This document shows positions 39,137-48,144 of a DNA stretch of 64,000 nucleotides, one piece after another. Under the pieces are notes generated by a model. It worked only from the letters and a program-made list of their open reading frames with translations. It did no database searches and was not told where the DNA came from. The first letter of the stretch is position 1. Each line of letters opens with the position of its first letter. Both the position numbers and the translations under genes were made by a program. The stretch comes from Sedimentisphaerales bacterium (GTDB lineage Bacteria > Planctomycetota > Phycisphaerae > Sedimentisphaerales > Anaerobacaceae): NCBI GenBank assembly GCA_963708075.1, contig OY970194.1, positions 3,264,001 to 3,328,000 of the forward strand, written 5' to 3'.

Positions 39137-39944
39137 TAATGTGTCCGAGGCGGCAGGCAAGGCCACGGTAGAGCACGAGGCCGGCCACAGCAGGCATTTG
39201 AAAGCCGTGGCGGCCCGCACGTACCGCGGGCACAAGAGCCGCTGCATCAGCGACGAGGAAATCCTCAAGCTGCTGCCGATGGTCCGCAAGATCGCACGTC
39301 GCGCGGTCAGCTACATCCGGCCGCCCCTGTCCCTGGACGACCTGGTCTCGGCCGGGACGATCGGACTGCTCAAAGCCGCACGCGACTTCGATCCGTCCCA
39401 CCAGGCGGAGTTCAAGACCTACGCGTACATCCGGATCAAAGGGGCCGTGCTCGATGAGTTGCGAAGGGCCTCCCTGCTGCCATCCGGCGTGGGCAAGCAG
39501 GTTCGCCAGGTGCAGGAGCTCAGCCGCAGGATCGCCGAGGAGACCGGCAGCCTGCCCACCGACGAGGAGTTGGCCCGCAGGCTCAATGTCCCCGTCGAAG
39601 AAGTGTACGAGCTGTTCGAGAGCGCCAGGGCCCAGCACTTCGTGTCCATCGATGGGCTTACCGACGAGCAGCCGGCGCTGGGCGACGTCCTGGCGGCGGC
39701 AGATACCGCCGCCCCGGAAAGCCGGCTGGAACGCGCCGAGTTGCTCGATCAGTTGACCGAGGCCATGCAGGAACTCGATCAGCGAAGGCTGCAGGTCATC
39801 GTGTTGTATTATCATCAGCAGTTGACCATGAAGCAGATTGCCACCTTGCTTGACATCACCGAATCCCGCGTCAGTCAATTGCACGCGAGTGCACTTTTCA
39901 CTCTCTCTGTGAAATTGGAGCAATGGAAAGATGGCGGATTCTGA
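39120..39944 (+). CDS. fliA: RNA polymerase sigma28 factor FliA/WhiG
   Basis: DDLVSAGTIGLLKAARDFDP; FKTYAYIRIKGAVLDELR; LTMKQIATLLDITESRVSQLH; start uncertain (GTG 39120 or 39141). Confidence 0.93.
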   Translation: MKDRLDNVSEAAGKATVEHEAGHSRHLKAVAARTYRGHKSRCISDEEILKLLPMVRKIARRAVSYIRPPLSLDDLVSAGTIGLLKAARDFDPSHQAEFKTYAYIRIKGAVLDELRRASLLPSGVGKQVRQVQELSRRIAEETGSLPTDEELARRLNVPVEEVYELFESARAQHFVSIDGLTDEQPALGDVLAAADTAAPESRLERAELLDQLTEAMQELDQRRLQVIVLYYHQQLTMKQIATLLDITESRVSQLHASALFTLSVKLEQWKDGGF

Positions 39945-40137
39945 TTTCAACTTCATCCCACCGGTGGAACACCTTCACAACGTCCCTGGTCTGACCCCGG
40001 CCAAAGAGCGGGAGGAGCGCAAGCGCCGTCCGCGTTCCCCGGCCGGCAAGCGCGAGCCGGTCCAGCAGGACAAAGACAAGGAAAACCATCAGAAGTCAGG
40101 CGACGGCGAGTCTCATTCGATTGACTATTGCGCGTGA
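39931..40137 (+). CDS. Small hydrophilic hypothetical protein ending in IDYCA
   Basis: 68 aa, overlaps the fliA stop; basic central tract. Confidence 0.55.
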   Translation: MADSDFNFIPPVEHLHNVPGLTPAKEREERKRRPRSPAGKREPVQQDKDKENHQKSGDGESHSIDYCA

Positions 40138-40184
40138 GACCGTAAGATACGACGTGAAGGTCCGGATACGAAAGGTCAAGGGCT

Positions 40185-40421
40185 ATGGGGCACGTACTGA
40201 AGGCGAACCGGGTTCGGCTCGAAGAACCGTTGCGGCTGAGTATCGATGGCACGGGGACGGTGGGACACACCGGCTCACACCGGCCGGGCACGCCGTCGTG
40301 CGTCCGCATCGCCCAGAGCAACGCGGAGTTTGCCGTTCTGGAAGTCACGTGCGCATGCGGCAAGGTAATCCACGTGCGCTGTGACTATGCGGCCGCTTCC
40401 CAGGAGTCTGCACAACCGTGA
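40185..40421 (+). CDS. Small hypothetical protein with CxCG...C motif
   Basis: 78 aa; LEVTCACGKVIHVRCDY; in operon orientation. Confidence 0.6.
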   Translation: MGHVLKANRVRLEEPLRLSIDGTGTVGHTGSHRPGTPSCVRIAQSNAEFAVLEVTCACGKVIHVRCDYAAASQESAQP

Positions 40422-40471
40422 TCTATCGGCCGCGACAATATGTGCGATCGAAGAAACGATGGAGAAAGACG

Positions 40472-41062
40472 ATGACCGTAATGGCAAGAAACCTGACGCT
40501 GGTTGTGACAGCCGTGCTGGTGCTGGCAGGGGCGGGCTGTACCTCGCCTCAAAGCGCCACCGGCGCGATCACCGCTGACAATCCGCAAACGTCCGTCGCA
40601 GGCGACACCGCCGCCAAGCGATTCCAGAACACGCCGCCGGGCAGCCGGACGGCCGTCGAATCAGCAATCGAGTTGTCCCAGAAGTACGCCAGCCTGTCCG
40701 ATCAGACAGTGGTGCTGCGGGAAGAAAACCAGCGGCTGAAAACGGAGAATGCGAACCTCCAGCAGCAGGTAGCGAGTCTGGAGGCCCGGCTGAAACAGAC
40801 CCAGAAGGAGTTGAGCGAGGCCAATGATCTGCTCATCGAAATGCTGACCGAACTCAATACCTGGAAGAACAATATTCTTGGCTTCCGGGGGGAGATGCGC
40901 GACGCCGCGAAGGCCCAGTTGGAGGCGCTGCTCAAAGTGCTGGAACTCCTCGGGGGCAAGGTAGAGGCCGACGCACTCGGGCAGACGCATGCGGGCACGC
41001 TCAACCCGGAGCCGAATGGCCCGTCGGTACCGCCGACAGGGGATGTGAACGATGCCCAGTGA
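40472..41062 (+). CDS. Coiled-coil lipoprotein
   Basis: Signal LVVTAVLVLAGAG-C; long heptad region LREENQRLKTENANLQQQVASLEARL. Confidence 0.75.
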   Translation: MTVMARNLTLVVTAVLVLAGAGCTSPQSATGAITADNPQTSVAGDTAAKRFQNTPPGSRTAVESAIELSQKYASLSDQTVVLREENQRLKTENANLQQQVASLEARLKQTQKELSEANDLLIEMLTELNTWKNNILGFRGEMRDAAKAQLEALLKVLELLGGKVEADALGQTHAGTLNPEPNGPSVPPTGDVNDAQ

Positions 41063-41741
41063 GCTCCAGCTCGACCTGCGTAAGAGCCTGTGTACCCGGG
41101 TGGGCGTGCCACCGGCGGGACTGGGCTTGGCTGCCTGTCTGCTGCTGAGCCTGTTCTGTGGCTGCGAGTCCCCGTCCAGCGGCATGATGGCCAATTCCTA
41201 CTACCTGAACGCGGCCGAGGACCTGCGGGAGCTCGGCCGGGTGACACTGGTGGAGTTGGACAACACGTCCGCTTATCCCGATATCTCCCACGATGTAACA
41301 AAGGCCCTGTTTCTGGAAGTGCAGAAGAAGCAGGTCTTCAGCGTAGCCACGGTCGGCCGGGATGACCCTGCCTGGCAGGCATTGCAGGAGAACCTGGATT
41401 CGCTGCAGGCCATGCAAACACTGCTGATGATCCGCGAGAAGTTCAAATCCAACGGCCTGCTGGTCGGCACGATCACCGAATACCGGCCGTACCCGCGGCT
41501 CGCCATTGGCCTGCGGCTGAGGTTGATCGACTTGGCGGACGGGCAATTGCTCTGGGGCGTCGAGCAGGTCTGGGACAGCACAGACAGAAACGTGCAGAAG
41601 CGGGTGGGGGCCTATTATCGCAGGGATCGCCGCTCTGATGCCAGCCCCCTGCCCGAGGAACTGGTCGCCGTCAGTTCCCTGGAGTTCGTCAGATTCGCCG
41701 CCTATGAGATCGCCCAGACCCTCGATGGCGAGAAAAAATAG
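41052..41741 (+). CDS. Lipoprotein with TolB-N/CsgG/FlgO-like alpha/beta fold
   Basis: LLLSLFCG-C lipobox; RVTLVEL; GLLVGTITEY...IGLRLRLIDLADGQLLW. Confidence 0.65.
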   Translation: MPSELQLDLRKSLCTRVGVPPAGLGLAACLLLSLFCGCESPSSGMMANSYYLNAAEDLRELGRVTLVELDNTSAYPDISHDVTKALFLEVQKKQVFSVATVGRDDPAWQALQENLDSLQAMQTLLMIREKFKSNGLLVGTITEYRPYPRLAIGLRLRLIDLADGQLLWGVEQVWDSTDRNVQKRVGAYYRRDRRSDASPLPEELVAVSSLEFVRFAAYEIAQTLDGEKK

Positions 41742-41812
41742 CTCGGGCAGACGAGTTTTGCTAGGAAAATGCCCGTTTTCACTACTGGAACCTGTTTTCT
41801 TCGGCAGAAGGC

Positions 41813-41839
41813 TTAAGTACCTTGAGAATCGAGCGAAAA
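41813..41839 (+). promoter_or_regulatory. Weak candidate sigma28 promoter for flgM
   Basis: TTAAG-N15-GCGAAAA, 40 bp upstream of the ATG. Confidence 0.3.
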
Positions 41840-41879
41840 TAATAGTGGATGACAGGCTTTGGTTTGAAGGAATGGGACA

Positions 41880-42146
41880 ATGATCAATAATGTGACAAAT
41901 CATGTGGGGCAGGCCTTGGGCAAGACATCTTTGCCACACGCCGATCCTGCGAATATGCGTCCCGCAAGCGGCTCCGATGCCACGATTCAGGTTGAATTCG
42001 CAGATATTCTCAACCGGGCCAAACAGGCCGCGGAGGCGGATAGTGACGCGGTGCAAAAGGCCCGCGAGCTGCTGCTTTCCGGCCGGCTCACCAGCCCCGA
42101 GAATGTCCGGGCGGCCGCGGAGAATATCCTAAACACCGGCATCTGA
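41880..42146 (+). CDS. flgM: Anti-sigma28 factor FlgM-like protein
   Basis: 88 aa; DATIQV then DAVQKARELLLSGRL...VRAAAENIL resembles the FlgM C-terminus; last gene of the flagellar arm. Confidence 0.6.
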   Translation: MINNVTNHVGQALGKTSLPHADPANMRPASGSDATIQVEFADILNRAKQAAEADSDAVQKARELLLSGRLTSPENVRAAAENILNTGI

Positions 42147-42174
42147 AAGAGTTATAGCAACTACGACCGAGGCG

Positions 42175-42216
42175 CGGGGCCCTGTCAAGGACGACAAGAG
42201 CCCCGTCTTTTTTTTT
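42175..42216 (+). terminator. Intrinsic terminator after flgM
   Basis: Imperfect stem CGGGGCCCTGTC / GACAAGAGCCCCG followed by a long T run. Confidence 0.65.
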
Positions 42217-42270
42217 GCGCACGCGACGACGAATCAGCACAAAGGGCTGCTGGAAAAGCACTTACGATGC

Positions 42271-42504
42271 TTACATGTAGCAGTCGAGCAGTGTGCCGAT
42301 GGGACGTGGGCCGGAGGCCGGCCTGGAACTGGAGGTGGCCTTCGCCAAAACGAGGGGCTCGTCGCAAACGAGGCGAACCCGGACATCGACGGGGATCACC
42401 TGCGACTCGCGCACCGCCCCGGCAAGCATCGGCCGGGCAGTGGACGTGAAGAAAGCCGTTAAGTCACGAGCAGCAATGAAGTTATAGCCAATCAGATCGA
42501 GCAT
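42271..42504 (-). CDS. Small hypothetical protein (77 aa) ending in GTLLDCYM
   Basis: ATG 42504 behind GGGGGT and immediately downstream of a near-consensus sigma70 promoter. Confidence 0.55.
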   Translation of the reverse strand: MLDLIGYNFIAARDLTAFFTSTARPMLAGAVRESQVIPVDVRVRLVCDEPLVLAKATSSSRPASGPRPIGTLLDCYM

Positions 42505-42529
42505 TACTTCTACCCCCAAGTACGTTGCT

Positions 42530-42558
42530 ATTGTAGCAGAATCGCCCCGGCAAGTCAA
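42530..42558 (-). promoter_or_regulatory. Sigma70-type promoter
   Basis: Minus strand TTGACT-17 bp-TACAAT, with TG two bases upstream of the -10 box (TGCTACAAT). Confidence 0.8.
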
Positions 42559-42753
42559 GCAAAATCTCACCCCGCAAGGTCCGGAAATGGCCCCTCGGGA
42601 AGCCCGCCCTCTCGGCGTCCGGAGCCCAGCCCTTACGGGACCTGTGGCCGTCGTTAGTGACCCCGTTCCCACCCGTGGCTAACATTTTCCTGGCGGTTTT
42701 GCCGATTTACTGAGGTAAAGAGTTCGCACATGACTTTTGACACGAGGGCCCGG

Positions 42754-42954
42754 ATGCAAATCATCATTCAATGTCCGCACTGCGGCTATCGCTGGTGGAT
42801 GGCGGCCGACGCGGCCGACCGCCGCCTGCGATGCCGGAAGTGTTCTACCCTATTCAAAGTCCCCGACCTGACCGAAGTCCCCGACGCCACGAAAGTCATA
42901 ACTCGTGCCGCCGGCGACCTTTACGTAGATGACGCCGGTCACACCTACGGCTGA
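42754..42954 (+). CDS. Small zinc-ribbon protein
   Basis: CPHC...CRKC, IIIQCPHCG...RLRCRKCSTLFKVP. Confidence 0.7.
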   Translation: MQIIIQCPHCGYRWWMAADAADRRLRCRKCSTLFKVPDLTEVPDATKVITRAAGDLYVDDAGHTYG

Positions 42955-43017
42955 CACTCGACTCATTCTGAACCGAATCTCCGCACGCTCGGGGTTGCCG
43001 GCGCAAACAAGTACAAA

Positions 43018-43045
43018 GGGGGATGGGATTCCATTCCCGTCCCCC
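43018..43045 (-). terminator. Hairpin between convergent genes, likely terminator
   Basis: GGGGGATGGGA-6 nt-TCCCGTCCCCC; followed by TTTGT on the minus strand. Confidence 0.55.
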
Positions 43046-43066
43046 GGTCAGACTTCTGTCGGCAAC

Positions 43067-43534
43067 TCAGTTCTCGGTGATTTTCACATTGTCGACATAG
43101 GCGGTTGTTTCACCGTTTGCGTTGACCGTGATGTGCCAGGTTTCGTGCACCATGAGGTTCGGCGCGCTGCCCTGGCCGAGACAACGGTAGTTGTTGACAA
43201 ATGTATACGTCTGCCCTTTCTTCGCGTTGAATGTGTCCTGCGTCACCCCCGTGCCCTGGTACGTGGCGCCCAGGTTCGGCCCCCAGACGACTTGCCCGCT
43301 CAAGCCTTGCGGTTGAAAATGGGTCTTGCCGTGGATGCCACCCGCATTGTCCTCCGTGTACGTCAGCGAAATGTGCATGAAGCCTTGACAGTAAACCTCA
43401 TCTCCCGTGGACGCAATCCAGTACCACCAGTCTATGGGGACTTTGATGTTCGTGGTGCATTCGCCGGAGGCGAGGCCCCCAAACAACATTAGTGCCAATG
43501 TCGTCAGTGTTAGCTGTTTCATGCGGTTTCTCAT
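43067..43534 (-). CDS. Secreted beta-rich hypothetical protein
   Basis: GAAAGGAA RBS; signal MKQLTLTTLALMLFGGLASG; TGATYQGTG-like and HITVNANGE segments. Confidence 0.7.
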   Translation of the reverse strand: MRNRMKQLTLTTLALMLFGGLASGECTTNIKVPIDWWYWIASTGDEVYCQGFMHISLTYTEDNAGGIHGKTHFQPQGLSGQVVWGPNLGATYQGTGVTQDTFNAKKGQTYTFVNNYRCLGQGSAPNLMVHETWHITVNANGETTAYVDNVKITEN

Positions 43535-44070
43535 CTTCAGATTCCTTTCGTTAGACTGTGCCCTCAGGCGCCACCTGAGCGCTACCCACAAAATCAACGC
43601 CAATCACTCGAGATGTAGTTCCGTCGCCCGATCCTCTGCACACCTCCTTTCTGAGCGTGGACAGACGACCGCAAGAAGTCTCCGAGAAATGAATTGCTTG
43701 CAGCGCTCCCTCAAACGTTCATTGACCGCCAGTCTCGCAGCCGGCAAAATCAGCAACGCCGGCCACCGAACACCTCTTCAAGAAACATACACCTCTGCAG
43801 GCATGCGACAATACGGGAAAATACGCATTTCGCGAAGATAGCAGCACAGGCATCGGCGGGGTCAATGGTCCTGGGCAGGTTCCGGGCATTTCTATGTTGT
43901 CTTTCGATAGCAGGCTGGTATGCTTATCACAAGTGTTTTGAGATACTCATGCGCTCCACCGAACAGCCGAGAGCGGATGGGCGTGGAATCGATGTGGCCG
44001 CAGTAGCGTCACGCTGCCGCGGGTGCAGCCCGCTGCGGGCCCTTCAGTGAACATTGAACAGGAGGTCATC

Positions 44071-45303
44071 ATGGGAAGCAGAAATCGATCGAGGGTTGTT
44101 CTGGTGGGCTGTGTGATTCTGATCGCCACCGGCTGTGTTCTGGGACAGGACTGGCCGCAGTGGCGAGGGCCCAATCGCGATGGAAAGGTCACCGGGTTCA
44201 CCGCGCCCCAGACCTGGCCGAAGGAACTGACGGCGAAGTGGAAGACAACTGTGGGCACGGGCTGCGCAACGCCGGCCCTGGTCGGCGACAAGCTCTACGT
44301 CTTCGCACGACAGGGCGAGGAAGAAGTCACGCTGTGCCTCAACGCGGCGGACGGTAAGGAGGTATGGAAGGATAAATACGCGGCCCAGGCCGTGACCGGC
44401 GCGGCCGCGCGGCACCCCGGGCCCCGAAGCTCGCCTGCCGTGGCGGAGGGAAAGGTCGTCACGCTGGGCGTGGGCGGAGTCGTCTCCTGCCTGGACGCCG
44501 GCACGGGTAAAGTCGTGTGGCGTAAGGACCCGTTCCCCAAGGTCGTGCCGCAGTTCTTCACCTCAACGTCGCCGATCATCGTCGATGGCAAAGCCATCGT
44601 GCACGTGGGCGGCAAGGACAACGGAGCCATTGTGGCGTTCGACCTGGCCGGCGGGGACGAGAAATGGAAGTGGGCGGCGGAAGGCCCGGCGTATGCCTCG
44701 CCGGCCCTTATGACGGTTGACGGCGTGAAGCAGATCGTGACGCTGTCCGAGAAGAGCATCGTGGGCATTGCGGTCGCCGACGGCAAGCTGCTATGGCAAC
44801 AGCCGTTCGCGCCGCAGGGCCGGGCGTACAACGCCGCCACCCCGATTGTCGATGGGCAGACAGTGATCTACACGGGGTCCGGCCGGGGCGCCAAGGCCGT
44901 GAAGATCGAAAAACAGGGTGATGCTTTTGCCGCCAAGGAACTCTGGAGCAACGCAGAGTTGGCACCGCAGTTCAACACGCCGGTGCTCAAAGACGGCTTG
45001 CTCTTCGGCCTCACCGACAAGAACAGCCTCTACTGCATCGATGCCAAGACCGGCAAGACAGCCTGGACCGATTCAACAGCGAGAGGCAGCGGCGGGTTCG
45101 GGGAGATTGTGGACGCCGGCCCCTGCCTGATGATCCTGCCCAACAATTCCGAGCTGATCGTCTACAAGCCCAGCGGCACGGCCTATGAAGAGGTGGCCAA
45201 GATCAAGGTTGCCGAGACGCCGACCTACGCGTATCCGGTGCTCGCGGGCAACCGCCTCTTCATCAAGGATCAGGAAACCGTGGCGATGCTGACGATTCAG
45301 TAG
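44071..45303 (+). CDS. PQQ-binding-like (BamB-type) beta-propeller protein
   Basis: AGGAGG RBS; signal peptide; DWPQWRGPNRDG; repeated CLDA..GK..W blades. Confidence 0.9.
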   Translation: MGSRNRSRVVLVGCVILIATGCVLGQDWPQWRGPNRDGKVTGFTAPQTWPKELTAKWKTTVGTGCATPALVGDKLYVFARQGEEEVTLCLNAADGKEVWKDKYAAQAVTGAAARHPGPRSSPAVAEGKVVTLGVGGVVSCLDAGTGKVVWRKDPFPKVVPQFFTSTSPIIVDGKAIVHVGGKDNGAIVAFDLAGGDEKWKWAAEGPAYASPALMTVDGVKQIVTLSEKSIVGIAVADGKLLWQQPFAPQGRAYNAATPIVDGQTVIYTGSGRGAKAVKIEKQGDAFAAKELWSNAELAPQFNTPVLKDGLLFGLTDKNSLYCIDAKTGKTAWTDSTARGSGGFGEIVDAGPCLMILPNNSELIVYKPSGTAYEEVAKIKVAETPTYAYPVLAGNRLFIKDQETVAMLTIQ

Positions 45304-45334
45304 TCCATCGTCGGCAATTCAATCGGATTTCACA

Positions 45335-45399
45335 CAAAGCCGCGAAGGTACAAAGATGCCTGTAGAGATCGAGGCATTGAATGGGCCTTCGCGGCTTTG
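45335..45399. repeat. Intergenic 14-bp perfect inverted repeat with nested 6-bp stem
   Basis: CAAAGCCGCGAAGG (45335-45348) / CCTTCGCGGCTTTG (45386-45399); inner ATGCCT/AGGCAT. Confidence 0.7.
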
Positions 45400-45500
45400 C
45401 CATTTAGTGCCGCATAATTAGCAAAAGCGGTCAAGCAGGCCTGTAGAACGAGCCGTACAATGACGCACATGACGATCAGGATGCACAGGCAGGTGAAGAA

Positions 45501-46091
45501 ATGAAAAAGTCCACGGAACAACTGTACAAGGAGCGGATCCTGAAGGTCCTGGTCTTCATCCAAAGGAATCTGGACAGCGAGTTGTCGCTGGACGAGTTCG
45601 CTCGCGTGGCGCACTTTTCGCCCTACCACTTTCACCGGGTATTTCGCGGGATCGTAGGCGAGTCGCTGCAGGAGCACATCCGGCGCCTGCGGCTGGAGCG
45701 TGCGGCAATGCGGCTCAAGCACACGGACTGGACGGTGCTCGAAATCGCCCTGGAGGCGTGCGATGAAACCCACGAACCGTTCACTCGGGCGTTCCGAACG
45801 GTCTATGATTGTTCTCCGTCGCGGTTCCGGTTGGACAAGGGGCTCGCCTTGAAGGCGAATGCCGTCGGCGTACAGACCCTGGCCGGCGGCGAGTACGCCG
45901 TCGTGACGCACACCAGCCCCTACGACACTCTCGGCCAGACCTACGCCAAGCTGTTTGGCCAGTGGCTGCCGCACAGCGGCCGGGAGCTGCGCTCCGAGCC
46001 CAGCCTGGAATTCTACCTGAATGATCCGGAATCGACCGACCCAGAGGACCTGCTGACCGGCATCTGTGCTCCTCTTGAGCCTCTGACCTGA
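45501..46091 (+). CDS. AraC-family regulator with truncated GyrI-like effector domain (possibly decaying)
   Basis: AHFSPYHFHRVF..IRRLRLERAA; only the second half of the GyrI-like domain (GGEYAVVTH.SPYD..WLP.SG..EFYLNDP); 196 aa. Confidence 0.8.
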   Translation: MKKSTEQLYKERILKVLVFIQRNLDSELSLDEFARVAHFSPYHFHRVFRGIVGESLQEHIRRLRLERAAMRLKHTDWTVLEIALEACDETHEPFTRAFRTVYDCSPSRFRLDKGLALKANAVGVQTLAGGEYAVVTHTSPYDTLGQTYAKLFGQWLPHSGRELRSEPSLEFYLNDPESTDPEDLLTGICAPLEPLT

Positions 46092-46103
46092 AAGGCACAT
46101 GTT

Positions 46104-46730
46104 ATGACAATGGACAACAAGATCGATCTATGGAAGCTGCACAAAGACGAGTATGCGACGCCCAAGAGCCCCGCACTGGTCACAGTGCGCGAGGGGATAT
46201 ATCTGGCCATCAGCGGCCGGGGCGAGCCGGGCGGACCCGAATTCACCGATAAAGTCGGCGCCCTGTACGCCGTCGCGTACACCGTCAAGATGACCCGCAA
46301 ATTCGCCGGCCTGCAGGATTATGTGATCTGCAAGTTGGAGAGCCAGTGGTGGCTGGATGGGCCGGACCAGGACTTCGCCCGAGTGCCGCGAGACCAATGG
46401 AACTGGCGGCTTATGATCCGCACGCCCGAGATCGTCACACAGGCCGAGTTACGCCAAGCCGTGTCCGCGCTAACGGAAAAAGGCAAAGCCCCCAGCGCGA
46501 ACCAGGTAAAACTCGAATCCTTTGCGGAGGGCCTGTGCGTCCAGATGCTGCACATCGGCCCGTACGATCGCGAGTGCGACACCATCGCCCGGATGCGAAC
46601 ATTGGCGGATGCGCAGGGCCTCGAATTCCATGGCCGCCACCACGAAATCTACTTGTCCGACCCGCGCCGCGTCGCCCCGGAGAAGCTCAAGACCATCCTG
46701 CGCATCCCCGTCCGAAAGAGCAAGTCGTAG
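46104..46730 (+). CDS. GyrI-like small-molecule-binding protein
   Basis: YLAISGRGEP; WNWRLMIRTP; EGLCVQMLHIGPYD; HHEIYLSDPRR. Confidence 0.85.
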   Translation: MTMDNKIDLWKLHKDEYATPKSPALVTVREGIYLAISGRGEPGGPEFTDKVGALYAVAYTVKMTRKFAGLQDYVICKLESQWWLDGPDQDFARVPRDQWNWRLMIRTPEIVTQAELRQAVSALTEKGKAPSANQVKLESFAEGLCVQMLHIGPYDRECDTIARMRTLADAQGLEFHGRHHEIYLSDPRRVAPEKLKTILRIPVRKSKS

Positions 46731-46766
46731 GACATTGACGCGTTGGCCTTTGTCTGATCGGTCCGC

Positions 46767-48008
46767 TCACGGGGTACCAGCAACCGACCTGGATACGTTG
46801 AGGTCTGCCACCGGCGACCGAGTGACCGCAGCACCCGGGGACCTCAGCATTCGCAGCAGCAGAGGCCAGATGACGAGGACTGCCGCCGGCACAAGCAGAG
46901 CCAGGAGCCCAAAAACAACGATGGGAGCCGTCCACGGCGCCGTGACGAACCGCATACAGATCGCCCCGACCATGAACTGATAGAAGACGATGAACGCGGA
47001 GGCCGAGCCGATGTCCTGATGCACCTGTTCGAGGATCAGATTATTGCTGAGTGGCCGGCTCATGCCGCAAAAGAACGTGATGGTGCACATGCACCCCGCG
47101 AAGGCGGTGTAGTGCCAGCCGCCCCAGGCGAGGATGCCCGCCCCGCCGGCCGCACAGCCGATCAGGCAGATAGTCAGCAGCACTGCATCCGGCAGGAACT
47201 TCGTCACGCGTGTGCAGACGAATGCCCCGAGCATGCCCATCAGCGCGTTGAGGCCGAACAGGATACCGAAGGCATAATTCGAGAGCCCGTAAGTCCGAAT
47301 GTAGACAATCGGGGCCAAGGCGATAAAGCCGTAGAACGGGCCGAGGATCAGGCCCATCGCGGTAACCGAGAGGAAGTAGCGGCGATTTCGGACCAATCGG
47401 ATGTAGCGCCCCATCAGCGTCAGGAAGTGGCCGGAGACCCGCTCGACTGCCGTCTCTCGATAGAGCCGCCATGACACCAGCAGCACCGCGGCGCCCAAGA
47501 GGGCCTGGACAGCGAAAATCGCCCGCCATGTCGATACCTTCAGCAGCGTTGCGCCAATTGTGGGGGCGATCATCGGGGCCAATGCGAGAATGATGCCGAT
47601 CCAGGCGAGGATGTGCTTTCGTCGCGGCCCCTCGTACCGGTCCCGGCAGATGGCCATGCACATCGAAGATGGGCCCGCGGCTCCCACGCCCTGCAGGACA
47701 CGGAACGCGATCAACTGCACCACGTTCGCGGCCATCATGCAGGCGGCGCTCGCCCCCGCGAAAAGCATGAGCCCCGCCAGCAACACCGGCCGCCGGCCGT
47801 ACTTGTCCGACAGCGGGCCGCAAATCAGCAGGAAGACGCTGAAGCCTGCGAACCAGAGCACCAGCGACAGCGCGACCCGGCCGGCCGCCACGCCCCACTC
47901 GGCTGCAATGATCGGCATCGCCGCCAGGTACATGTCTGTCGCCATCGGCGGCACCGCCGCAATCGCCGCCAGGAAGACAACGTACAGCAACCCTCTATCC
48001 GGTCTCAT
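46767..48008 (-). CDS. Bcr/CflA-family MFS efflux transporter
   Basis: ATDMYLAAMP; GPLSDKYGRRPVLL; ~12 hydrophobic segments. Confidence 0.9.
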   Translation of the reverse strand: MRPDRGLLYVVFLAAIAAVPPMATDMYLAAMPIIAAEWGVAAGRVALSLVLWFAGFSVFLLICGPLSDKYGRRPVLLAGLMLFAGASAACMMAANVVQLIAFRVLQGVGAAGPSSMCMAICRDRYEGPRRKHILAWIGIILALAPMIAPTIGATLLKVSTWRAIFAVQALLGAAVLLVSWRLYRETAVERVSGHFLTLMGRYIRLVRNRRYFLSVTAMGLILGPFYGFIALAPIVYIRTYGLSNYAFGILFGLNALMGMLGAFVCTRVTKFLPDAVLLTICLIGCAAGGAGILAWGGWHYTAFAGCMCTITFFCGMSRPLSNNLILEQVHQDIGSASAFIVFYQFMVGAICMRFVTAPWTAPIVVFGLLALLVPAAVLVIWPLLLRMLRSPGAAVTRSPVADLNVSRSVAGTP

Positions 48009-48144
48009 TTCAGTATGATTCAGTGAAGTTATCTTTCGCTAAAGAGCGGGTGATCTTATCACAACATGGATCAGCCGGCAAGCGGCTCATGGAGGTGACA
48101 CGGAACCCGACCACATAATCAGGACATGCAGAAGCGCTCAGTTG

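Noticed and set aside
42220..42680. tmRNA, RNase P or other known structured RNA
   Set aside because: No tRNA-like ends or recognisable conserved motifs; a promoter plus small ORF explains the region
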